From: Phoronis australis
Lineage: Eukaryota > Animalia > Phoronida
Direction of reading: 5' to 3'
DNA length: 64,000 bases
Assembly (NCBI GenBank): GCA_002633005.1
Contig: NMRA01000418.1
Location: 39,896 to 103,895, forward strand
Shown here piece after piece: positions 38,701-50,700 of the stretch. How positions within the stretch are numbered: position 1 is the first letter of the stretch; every line of letters begins with the position of its first letter. A program made the position numbers and the translations under genes. Under the pieces are notes generated by a model, which was given only the letters and a program-made list of their open reading frames with translations, did no database searches and had not been told where the DNA came from.

Positions 38701-41700
38701 AAGTCGTTGATCCACTAACCATTGTCTATAGATTTAAATCAGTAGAGAGTCTCATACATAAATTACCCTGTTTTTGATTTCCAAGCTAACTGCTTTAGCA
38801 ACACAAGTAATTTACAAAGAAACTAACCATTGTTGTGACGTTTTTAAAACTTGTAACTAATTGTAGGCCAATAAATATGACTACAAATCCAAGGGTACTC
38901 CCATGCAAGAGGTATGCTCATTATGATGAACAAAGCAAGTCTAATTTGTGGAACCATTCTCCAAATACGTCGCTTTTTGTCCCGAGTCAGTACCCGTTCT
39001 GTCTAACAAAAGTCCAGTGCCACTCCTCTCCTGGGCATCAAATAGTTGACAAGGTTAAATCATGTGGTTGGACCAGCTAAACCATTGTCACCTGACCATT
39101 TGTAATTAGACACGTCTTTAGTGACTTAACTGCTTAGTACCTGAACTTACCCATTTTTAACGGATGTCGTTGATCTGCAGACAGGTTCTTTTCTTCTCCG
39201 AGTTTCTTTTGACCAGTCAAAGACAGAAGGAACAGCACCTGGTTTTAGTCGCTTCAATCTACTATAGCCATTAAACGTGTAGTCCTCGGCTCTAAAGTGT
39301 GACGAACACACCTTTGTGTTGGCAGTCAGCTGAAAAATGACAAAGTGAATGTGATGAAATTTAGACAAGACTTAATGTAAATTTCTTAATTAGTTGCTTG
39401 TAGATCACAAACTTAATATTGAGTTTTCAAAGATATAAGTTGGTCAACAAACTGTAGTCTACAGTTAACCTGAACGTTCCCTGCCATCTGACCTGGCTTG
39501 AAAGCAGACGAGGCAGTGATTCAGCGACTGGTATGCCGAACGCAATAACTAATATCGATCGATTTTTGGTAACAACTATCGAACAAGACAAAGCCAGAGA
39601 CTGAATCTTATTCGATACAAGGAAGTGAAACAGCTCAAAATAGTAATCTCGTGCTATTTTACCGAACTACGATTTACGCGGGAAAGTCCCGGTCAGGCTG
39701 GGACCTCCGTCGCGAGCACGATTGTTAACGTCCCAATAATAACATTACTCACTTTGAAATTTTTTCCGATGTCCCGTTTTATGTTCCTGAGCCATTCCTT
39801 TCGTAGATTTCCGTCTTTTGGAAAAGTGTGGAAGGATACCGACGAGTTATTACTGGAATTGGTACACACAGGCACTGCACAGTACACCATGGCCAGCTGA
39901 TGATCACTCACGAGGTTTTGTCAGTGTGCCTCGTTTTCGATCAGTATTTAAAGATGGCGCGGGAAGATGGCGCTTTCGTGAAATAGGTGAATGGCCTGGT
40001 CATCCATTCAGCCAAAAGTAGTTCCAGAGGTGGCTTATCAGCCAATTATTCACGCATGCTGACTCACAATAGAAGCCTGATAAGAGTGAAGGTGGATAAA
40101 TGCGGTGTTCCTACAGTTTCTTGTTTTAGTGGATGTGTTCACGACATGAATGTATTAGCGTAAAATCAATAAAAGACAGTTATGATACTTGGCGTTTCCC
40201 AAAGAGGACCCTTCAACGAAGTGTACAATTCTGTTATCTCCATTTTTGCACCATTTCTCCAACATTTGGAAAACTTTATATTTTCAGCAATGTCATAATA
40301 GTTTGAACATACATGTACGTACCTATTAGCAGTTCGTACAAGGGGATTTGCAGTTTCGAAGAAAGACTTGAACTGCGTTGATAGGAAACTGATGCTGTTA
40401 ATGCTTCAAATGAAAGAGGTAGTGTCTGTCTAATGTTAAGTTTTTAAATTTGAGAAAAATATTGACATACCTCCACCTTCTCCACTTCGAGTTGGCTTAG
40501 TAGTGTCTGCAAATTATAATTAAGTTTTATGATGTTAAGTATTCATATCTGTAAGCAGAAGTTCGTGCATGAGAAATGCGCCCATGAAAGCACCGCAAAC
40601 GGTCTGCTTCGAGGGATGTTTATTTATATTCCAAAATGACTACTAGATGGTGCAAAATATGCCAATCTGAAAGTAGCAACAAGTCATTGTTTCTTTAATG
40701 GAAAGCTATTTACCAAATTTCATAAAAAATCATCAAAGAACGTCAGAGAAATATAGGAAAACTGAAAAAATGAAACTGCCACTAGGGGGAACAGCTTTTG
40801 CGGGGTCTATCCTCAAGTCGTCGTCCAGTGTCAACGTCATATAACTACACTTGCTAAAATTAACAAAGATTCTGCAGTGGGTTTAGGAGATGGAAAAAAT
40901 GCCACTAGGACGGGCTTGTACTGAAACCTACTTGACCCCTAACCCGCTCGATCCACGATCTATGAGGTGCGACACCTCTACCCATGAACTGTGACGATAG
41001 AGGTATCTTTGCCATTTTTACCTATTACACAATCTTATTACGTCGCTGGGCACCTTTCCCATAAGACATACCTTCACGCGAGTCTGTTCTGGCTGAAGTC
41101 TGGTGATAGGAAACAGAAAGTGGCATGGGAATGCATGTGGTCTTGAACAGCGCATTGTGAGCGCGCTTTATAATCGTCATCCCTATATCGTGCAAATCAA
41201 CAAAACGCGCAGTACAGTTAGACAAGCGGCTTTCAATGGCACATAGAAACTTTGGGTGAGAGAGTACGTTAACGTGAATATAAATAATTTCATATTTTTA
41301 TTATTTGCTTTACATTACTTTACAATCTACTCCATATAACGCTGAAATACTTTTTCCGTTTTTGGCTTTCAAATTTGCAGAATCAACTGCCTTAATTGCA
41401 AAAAACAGGGAAAAGCAAGACAGCGCTTAAATATTCTATGTTCAGATCGAGTCGAGCTTGTGTAGACTGGGTAGATGGGGTTCTGGGTTGTGGGGGTTGT
41501 GGGTTGAAGGGTCGAGTGGTGTGGAGGTTGAGGGAATTTTAGCACAATTCACTTGGAGGTGTCACATTAGTCAGTCATTGGAAAATCATCTTCAAAGGTG
41601 TTCATTATTAACTAAGAATATACACACTGTATGCAAATTTCCACATTTAAACTTAAAGCAGTTTGGTGATGACAGGTGGATGCCAAAAAGGCTCGAAAAC

Positions 41701-44700
41701 AGTAAAGATAGCCACTTTATGGTGCAAAATATGTTGAATCCACCTGAAAACAAAAATATGACATCATTTCTTTAATAGAAAAACCATTTATTAAGTTTTA
41801 CAAATCCGTCGAGGAAATTCAGAAAAACAGAGGAAAACGGAAAAAAAAAACTTGCCACTTAGGGGTGCACAGCAATCGTCAGATATGTATGAAAGTCGTT
41901 GTCGCCCCTTGTCAACTTCATATAATTCCATCTAATAAATTTAATAAAGCTCCTGCAGTGGGTTTTGGAGGTACAGTTAAGGGAGCAAAAAACTGGCACT
42001 GGGAGGCTTCAACGAAGTCGAAGTCAACGGAAAGTCATTCATTGTCAGACATCCTTTTCACAGTAAAAAGGGCGACTAAGTAACCTACGTCAAAAAACTG
42101 CCACTGGGAGGCACCAAAATAGTCGAAATCAAAGGAAAGTCATTGTCAGCCATCCTCTTCACAGTAAAAATGGCAACTAAGTCAGACCTTGAATCCATCC
42201 GAAAACAGAAGTCGTCATCTCACTAATAAATACTAATCTACCAAATTTTATGAAAATCTGTGGATGATCTTTTAAGATAGACTGAGGTAAATGTGAAAAT
42301 CTAAAATTTAATAAAGATCCTGCAAAGAGTTAACACGATGCAGGCATAGGTGTCAAAGTCAAACAAAATTGCCACAGTCTACCATCAAATTTACCTAATG
42401 ATGATCACTGATTATTTTTCAAACGTCATTTTCAAGCTGCACAATAGCTTCATTTTTGTTATCCCAGCATTTCTTACTTCTCATTTGGTCAAATACTAAT
42501 ATTATTCTCGTGAAAGCGGCATAAGGACAACCTGCTATTAACATTCTGTTCTCAATGAGTTAGAGAAAAAAATTTGATAACTCCACATTTCCCTTTTTAT
42601 TGGCTTATTTAATAAATATGTTTACCTAATAATATATCTACTTATAAGTCAATGTTGAGGCTCAAGACAACTGGAAATGCAAGTGGGAAATTTTACTATG
42701 TCACAAGAATAACAAGAATGGTATGTCTGCTTTTTCTAATTAATACTAAATTGAGAGACATGAAAAAAAAGTGAAAGTTGCACAGAAATGGCAATGTTTT
42801 TGCACCGTACAAGAGTGTGGAGTGACGGTACGGAACATACGACTCAGTCCGTAGTCACACTTTTTTCTGCATATTTCAGTCTAGGGATCGGGTTTCAACT
42901 GAACACAGAAGGGGCGTTAGGATGAAGGACTTTCCACCATGTAAGTGTATTTCTAAACTTTACAAATAACGAACAGCATGCTTCCATTCTAGGATGAGTG
43001 ATGCTAGGCCCTGGACCCGGGCTCAGAAGGAGTGCTAGGACACGTAGGCTGATGTATTGTGTTTAGACACCGCCAATTCCATCATGGCAACAGTGAATAC
43101 GAGTGACCAAGGTTTAACGCGGCCTTTGAGAGTTTACCACTCCGTGGTTCAGTTGGTTGTAACTCACTTATGTCTGCGGCATTTATCGTGTAAGTGGTTC
43201 AAGTTTGTATGGTCTCAAAGTCGATGAAATTTGTGGTCTGATTCTTCTAGTATTTGAGTGTATTCCTGTATCTATACTCTCCTCTCTGTCCGCATAATAG
43301 TTGTCAAAATGTGGCTCAAAATCGACCTCGTCTTCTGATCTGCTGAGTTCTGCCATTAATGCAGTCGATTGTCATGAGACCAAATATCTTCCTTCCATTA
43401 CATCATTTCCAAATAACAAATTTTCCTTTAAAATTAAAAAATGGCTACCATTTGGCATAAAAAGGACTTATTCAGATAGATTTTATGACATTCATTTCAT
43501 ATTAGCAAACTGAAACCTCAAAGACTAAGGAAATGCATTGTAGGAATTCTTTACGTTAATTTTGAGTTTAAGAAAAATATTGACATACCTCCACCTTCTC
43601 CACTTCCAGTTGGCTTAATAGTGTCTGCAAATTATAATTAAGTTTTATATTAAATATTCATATCTATAAGCAACAGTTGGTGCACAGCAGAAAGATGCAG
43701 GATGCGAAAAGATACTGTGCATGTATAGTTGTGTTACATGGAATGTCCACGTTTTCTAAATGGCAATTGTGGCAATTGCACTTCATTGGAATAAATGAAG
43801 TTGAACGTACACAGGTATTCCGTAATTTTTTGGATTCGAAAGAGGGGTTTGTAGCCAGGACCCGTAGATCTAATCTATGTCCACGAGTCTTTAACTGGCC
43901 GGACAACCTGTATGACGTGGTCGCAGCACCACCACCACGTGGATTCTGGAAGTACGCCATTGCAGCAAATCCATGGATGACTGAGCAAAAGAACCTTCAA
44001 ACAAATGGTGATCTAACAAAACTTGTGAAACTTGTCGATGAAGAATCTAAGTTCTACTCAGAACACCACAGTGATGTTCCATGAGCAAGGTGATCCCGAC
44101 GATTGTCAGGGAAATTGAGTAATGCCTGAGAAGTAACTTGATGACAAAAGTAGTGTTGATTATGAACAGAGAAGCAATTCACCAGTCTGTCAGAATTATG
44201 CAAAGAGGTCGATTATATAGTATGCAACCATTAAGACCACTTGAACTTTTTAGCTAGCTAGTGAATACATCAAAAGAAACATGTCCCGTACAATATTTCA
44301 TCAAAATTCCTCAAGCACCACGTGAGACAGGTCCGAAAATGAAGGTCAGATGTATTCTCTTCAACTGAAACACATACATCATAATACCAATATATCAATG
44401 ATGGAGCTCGTTAGAATTTCAGATAAAACACAAAAAAGAAAAGAAAAGGCTGATATTGATTATCCTTTGAGCCCATTGGCGTAAGAGATGAACACTGAAA
44501 AACCTGGAGACGGAAACATAACAAAAATGGCCGCAGGGGGAAAATTGGTATCCAACTGAAAATGGTGAGGTGTCGTCGTCTCTATAATATCGAAATATTT
44601 ACCTAATTTAGAAAAAAATCTGTCCAAAAATTGGGTATAGAATTTAACAAACAACTTGACACTAGGGGGCGAAAAAGAGGATAAACCACCATTTTATTCA

Positions 44701-47700
44701 AGCTCAACTTGAAACAGACAGCTACATTCAATATACACGTCTCACACCACACGAGAGGGCAAAATATTTGTAGCAATTATACGTAAGCAACATCTTCATT
44801 TAAGTACTGACCAAACTTGAATGTTAGCATCGGTTATAGGCACTGATGCTGGTTAAAAAATTAAAAGAAAAGAAGCCATGAAATATACATGCTCAATCTA
44901 ATACGGCAAGGTGAAATTCATTGTCGAAACCCACCAAATGCACTTGGCCCATATTATGGAACGAAAACTGCTAGGAACTGTACGTAACTGCTATGAAGGG
45001 ATACGTTAACACAGCTCTCTCTAATAATGATGAATTTCTATATAACAATTAGTTTATTCAATGTAACATCCACCAGTCCTGAGGTATGTGTTGTGATTTT
45101 TGATTCAAGAATCAATACAATAAACTAATTAATTTTAATAATTTATCTTTTGCACCAACTCAGTTTCAGATTTGATGGAGAAACGTTAAATGGCTTGAGT
45201 TCTCCCCCCAACGCCTGCCTAGGGAAGACCACTTGGCGTTCAAAAAGAGCAGAAATGATCTTCAATCTCTTTTCCCTACATCAGGGGGATTTCAGAACAT
45301 CTACGTCTAGTTTATATCCCTGATGATGTCAACACCTATAGGAAGCCCGTTAACAGCCTGAGAAACGAACTAGTCCACCTCAAGGATCCCACCCCCTCGA
45401 TCCCCAATGTTGTCATATCTCAAATGTCCTGCACTCAAGATCCATCTCATACCTACATCGGTGAGACTAAGCGATCCCTAGGTACCAGAATCAAAGAGCA
45501 CAACAAACTGGACAATCCCACAAGCATGGGAGAACATCTGGGAACCTCTGGCCCTACTGTAAGTGGCAAATGTGCCGAAACACTGTCTAAAGAAGAGAAC
45601 TGGATCTCAAAGGAAGTTAAGGAATGAGACACAATATGGCAGACAAGCGGAATTTTACTTTTTATTTGTTATCTAATTTTTACCCTTGTCTGTGTAATGT
45701 AACGGTCTCCAAACAATTGGTCAAATTTTGAGAATTTAAGCTATTTACTAAGTTTCTGAAAATCAGAGAAATGCAAATTTTAAGAATTATTTTTGTCCAT
45801 AATTGAAAAATTTAAAAACAAAGTATTTCATTATGGGTCAAAAGAAACGATAAATGCTACAGTAGTTATTTTCTCTACAAACTTGCTGATTCAGTTCGTA
45901 ACTTACGAACCTTGATCAGGTGTTTGAGAATGATCTGTTGCATCAGATAATAAAATACGCTGTAGACAGTATTTGACTGTTGCTGCCTATACCAAAACTG
46001 ACTGTGTCTACTTGAACGACCTCACAAAACCTCTAACTGTAACACCTCTGCGATACATTAAGCCAAAGTTTGACAAATCAACCGTTAGATCAAGAATTGG
46101 CAATTAGATTTTGCAATTTCAACCTGACATATTGAACCAGTCAATATAATTTGACCTAAAATCGGGACTCGGAAGACCAGACTTTAGAGCAATTTTTGAC
46201 CAGGGAAATGTGAAAGGCTCACCATATTGAAGTGGAGCAAACCTTCAAGATTTGAAAGTAAGTCTCATGTTTTGACAATGCGTTGACATTTCAGAACATA
46301 TGCATACAATTGTCCACAAATAAGTACAATTTACATAATGTTTACAATGATCCCATACACAGTACAATTTTTCAAGAGGAAAAAACAGAGTAAGTCTTCA
46401 GCAACAAGAGCAACGCGGAGCTTTGAAATGCGTCCACGAATGCATCGCAAATGGTGTGCTTTTAGGGTTGCTTATTTGTGTCATAAAATGGGTACTAGAT
46501 GGCGCAAAAACATACAATCTGTCCGAATATGGGAACATGTCACTGATTCTTTAATAGAAAGCTATACACAAAATTCCAACTTTCATAGAAATCCGCCAAG
46601 GAACTTCAGAGAAACAAAGGAAAACGGAATAAAATGAAAGTGACCTCTCCCGGTGCATTATGAGCCATAATGATAGAATAATTGTAAACTCGATTAAAAA
46701 TGTGGTTAATGCTAAAAATCACAGATGTTTTACTTTAAAGTGTAAATTGCAAGGTCTCAACCAATCTGAACAACAATATGCTCTAAATTCGTGTTTATAA
46801 TTATTCTTGCTATATTCTTAACATTAACTGAGTTGTACGTCGCTATAAAAAGTTATTTACATATTTGTTGCCGTGGCGTTGTAACGCCATTGTTGTAACG
46901 GAAAATAGAAACGGCGCCATTTTCCTTCGTTACACATCTGTGACGTGGTGTTGGGGAACACAAAGAAAACAATATGGATCCCAGTGAGTACAGCAGCGTA
47001 GATGAAGAATATTTTGAAAGATACAGGGAGGGTCAGGTGGAGTTTTCAGACGATTCTGACGTTTCGGATGTGGAGGAGGAGGCGACAGACCCCATAGGAA
47101 CCGTTGAATTTGTGCTCACACCTTCTCTCTAGTAGAACCGTTTCCCTTGCTCCGGTTGTCGACGATCCAGCCCCAGCCGGTTCGTGCAGTGAATATCAAC
47201 GGGCAGAAGGTGCGCAGGAGTTGCGACAGAATGTTAGTGACTGGTAAGAATATTATAAATATGCATCATACTACCGCGAATTACTACTTGGTCTTTTTTA
47301 ATTTTAAGTTCAGTAGCTTTACCGGTCACTCCCAGGCGCTCTCGTCCCCACTGATGAATCATTTTTCAGCCGTGGATAAGTACCAGTTTCAGTGATAAAA
47401 AATGGGACTCGTTGCACTTACGCAAATCACTCAACAATGTGTGGTCTTTCATTATTTGTAGACAGTGGCGCATTGGTTTGGGCCCCGGACTCTTGTTTGT
47501 GAGACTCGGGTTCGAATCCTGGCTTTCACTGGCAGACAATTGGGCATTGTACGAAGTTGTCTCCTACTCCCCTGAGCTCAGTCTTACTAGTGAGTGAATA
47601 AATGTATGCATGGGAAAGAATGAGAACCACCTCCCAATACTCAACTGTGTAGTGTAAACAAGAGGAAAAAAGAATTGCAATTTTGCAACTTAGACTTTCT

Positions 47701-50700
47701 TACCTGGGGGCCGGAGGGAATTCCATGGGTTATAAAACAGGTCACTTCATTTTCATACTCTAGGGCCAAGTCAACTTGGACCCAGAGCAATGTACACACG
47801 TTTTTCTAACCAGGTTTAGTTTGTGTAAGTCAATGCTTTCATGCCTATGTACCTAATGTTGCTGTTATTTGTGAAAATTGGTACATGGCTTGGGTGCGAG
47901 TTGACTTGGGAAGGAACCGTCTGGTAAAGTTTCTAAAGAGTATAGAAGGCATCGGATATTGAGAAGTTTTTAAAAATGTTTACTGTAATATTCACGATTA
48001 TTAACAAAACAGACCCCTCCATCAATGAATCAGGTGTCAGCAAATCAAACTAAGTATGTCCATTCCTATATATATATCCCCCAGGCATGATCTGCCACTG
48101 CCCTGGGTGTAGCAGTATTCATTTGTATGAAAAGTAAATATCTTTACTATTTATGTGATGTTTCAAAGCTTGTTTTTTGGAATTTAGTTTCATTTTTGTT
48201 CTGTTTTAAACAGGTCGCTGCTCAACAATCAGTCTTCTCGAAAACTGAGGTCATTGCAAACCCTCAATTAATTTGGCCGAGACACTCTTGGTAAATCAGT
48301 AATTTTTTCAATTCGACATTTTGATGTTTACTAAAGTAATGTATACATATTGTCACATCTTGCAGGTGCACGTGTGACAACTGTCAGACTACTGCAGTCA
48401 TTGAAGAAAGAGTATGTTGTCAAGAAGTCGACAAAGTTATTGCTAAACTTGAGGACGAAATGAAGAGGGACAACTTAAACGGAAGAAAAAAATGTATCGT
48501 GTACCATGGAAGTTTTCAACCTGTGTGCATCAATCGTGATGTTTTGGAGACTGCATGGTTGCAGTATAAAAGCCAATATCCGGATGGCTATGACGGACCC
48601 TTTGATAAAAGGATGCGACACATAGCCTACAGACAGTTCCAAAGATGGGTGCATGGTCACCTAGGACGAACTGTCCGTGTTGTAATTCCAGCATGCGCAG
48701 TAGCCTGCATCAGAGCTTTTTACCCTCCACCGGGAAATGAGGAGGACTTTGAGTTTCAAGGGTTTTCTTATTAGTTTCATTTATGTATATATATATCGAG
48801 TTGTCTTATCCCTGGAATGCCAACTCCAGCTCATTACCTAAGTACTCTATTACTAAAACTTGTGACTCGGGGAGTATCTACTTTGGACGAGTTGAAATAA
48901 GTGACAAGTTCCATAGAGAGAACAAATATCCTAACAAACGAATGCAATCACAGCGCAATCTCAGTGGTACAAAAATGAAGTTGGCATTCCATGATGGATT
49001 TCTGTGTTTTCAGAATGGTAAACAATTGACAAAGAAAGTAGCATATATTGATGTTCAGGAACTTATAGTGACATGGTCATGACAAGTGTAATGTTACTAG
49101 AACTACATTATAAACCTCTAAACTCAACATCAGTTATGGTTTACTTAGGAATTGGTCTCACTGGAGTTGTTAGTGAGTTTCAAGTGAACACATTCAACAA
49201 TATTGCTGTTACATAAAAATCTGGACTATTGTCTGAGGTAGAGACTGAATCTCCTGCCCTCTTCTTATACAGTAGGACTCGTTACATTGGTAGTGCTTCA
49301 TTGGAAACTAGAAAGGCTAGCATGCATTAATTCCTGTAACGCCTCCAAGTAACTTTGACTTCGATGAAATATCTGTCTCACTGGCTCCAACTTACCGAGT
49401 TCTACTGTAATTCAACAAGACATTAACTACCATGACGTGGCAAACTACTGAATTTCCACCCAAAAGCTCCAGTATGCAATAGCTTCAGATGTCTATGACA
49501 TGGTATAAAACACACAAAATTATACACATGTATAGGAAGTGAGAAATCTGGAGAGAGTGCTTGGACCACTCGCAAAAAAACTCGCAAGAAAATGTTAGAC
49601 AGTAGAGTTGGGATTCTGTGCAAATGATTATTCTGTCGTACAATTTGAATGATATTGGCAGACACGAGAAGACTGACGACCCATGTATATTTTCATCACT
49701 ACCAATGTTTTAGGGTTTTTTTTTGAAAGCTGTACAGATAGCAATGCTAGAGTATTTATAGTACCAGTATTGGAAATCGTGAAACACTTTTGAGCGTGCC
49801 ATATGGCTGTCCGCTTTGTATAAACCCTGCGACATACTATGTTCTAACATTGAAACATTTCAATGTTACTTCAATATAATGACTATAAATATTGTGGCAT
49901 AGCTTTTAGGTTTATTTGATTAACAGTAAACTGTTGCCGTCCCATATAATGCATCGGTAAGGGGGCGAAAAGGTACCTGTGTGGGTCGTCAGTCTTTTCG
50001 TGCCCCAATATCATTCATTGTCATGTATGTGATGGAAAGAAATATCAGTACTGTCCATTGACAAAACAAGCAGTCTAATTGAATTTGTCTGGATATCGGC
50101 TCCTCATCCGTGCCACGGCCTCCTCCTTGGACACGTCTGGAGCACCAGCACTCAGCATTGGAGGGGCGTCAATTTCCAAACAAATTTCGAGGTCACTGGC
50201 TTCTCTTTTATTTCGCAACAAGTGTAACGTATTCTTCCTTACTTCGTTCACATACTCTGAAAAGCACAACTGCAATTTAAAGTAAAAATCATTTTGAATC
50301 AATGATTTAAGTTAAACACGACGTCACCTAAGTGCAAGTTTTCGCCTACTTTTATAACCTTCAAGCAAAGGCCAAAACCAGAGTTAACCCTGTTTTATTT
50401 TTGAAGCAGGTTACTTTAATAATCAAAACCGTGCAACTTAAGTACCATCGTTAGAACAGTTCAAACTTTTGTCAGCACACCACCATCTATTACTTGGTTG
50501 ACAAAACCCCACAAAGAACCTCCTGATGCTCAAATACAGTGGTCTCTGATATTCAGAAGCGCACCATAGCCTCGTAGGGGGGGGGGGGCTGTAGTAATAG
50601 CCGAGATTACCCGACTCAGGAATCGAACCCACGACCCCCATAAAACCGGCAAGCGTGCTAACCATTCAGCTAATAGGCAATTTCCCATTAGCGAGTAGCT

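Larger units (their letters stand above)
33481..39990. mobile_element. Full-length ISL2EU-type (PIF/Harbinger-related) DNA transposon
   Basis: 18-bp TIRs match at 17/18 (TCACCT[C/A]TTTCACGAAAG). AT TSD at 33479-33480 and 39991-39992, confirmed by the empty site ATCATTTAATGGCC at about 59127-59140. Two convergent intact genes: a DDE transposase and a YqaJ nuclease. Confidence 0.93.
31892..40148. mobile_element. Non-autonomous DNA transposon with CATG termini and 2-bp (AA) TSD, hosting the ISL2EU insertion
   Basis: Imperfect TIRs: CATGCTATGAACATTCCCACTAAA vs reverse complement CATGTCGTGAACACATCCACTAAA. Subterminal IR CCG(T/C)ATTTATCCACCTT at 31977-31993 and 40089-40105. The empty paralogous site CTTATAAATGTATTAGC at about 31151 shows the AA duplication. 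Confidence 0.82.
22670..41120 (+). repeat. Tandem segmental duplication: unit A ~22670-27459, unit B ~27461-41120 (B has an internal ~0.73 kb duplication and the TE insertion)
   Basis: Near-identical paired ORFs and sequence (24091 vs 28711, 25501 vs 30090, 25809 vs 30404). Junction GGAAACAGAAAGT|ACTTTGAATTAC at about 27459. Segment 30948-31680 is repeated as 31681-31891 plus 40149-40677. Confidence 0.92.

Noticed and set aside
25425-43640. Recurrent ~36-bp conserved motif as a CRISPR-like array
   Set aside because: The intervening sequences are hundreds to thousands of bp long and homologous to each other. The context is eukaryotic with no cas genes. Splice-flanked micro-exons explain the motif better.
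48366-48774. Host P2X7 purinoceptor gene
   Set aside because: There are no P2X channel or TM exons, and the ORF lies within Kolobok TIRs and a TTAA TSD.
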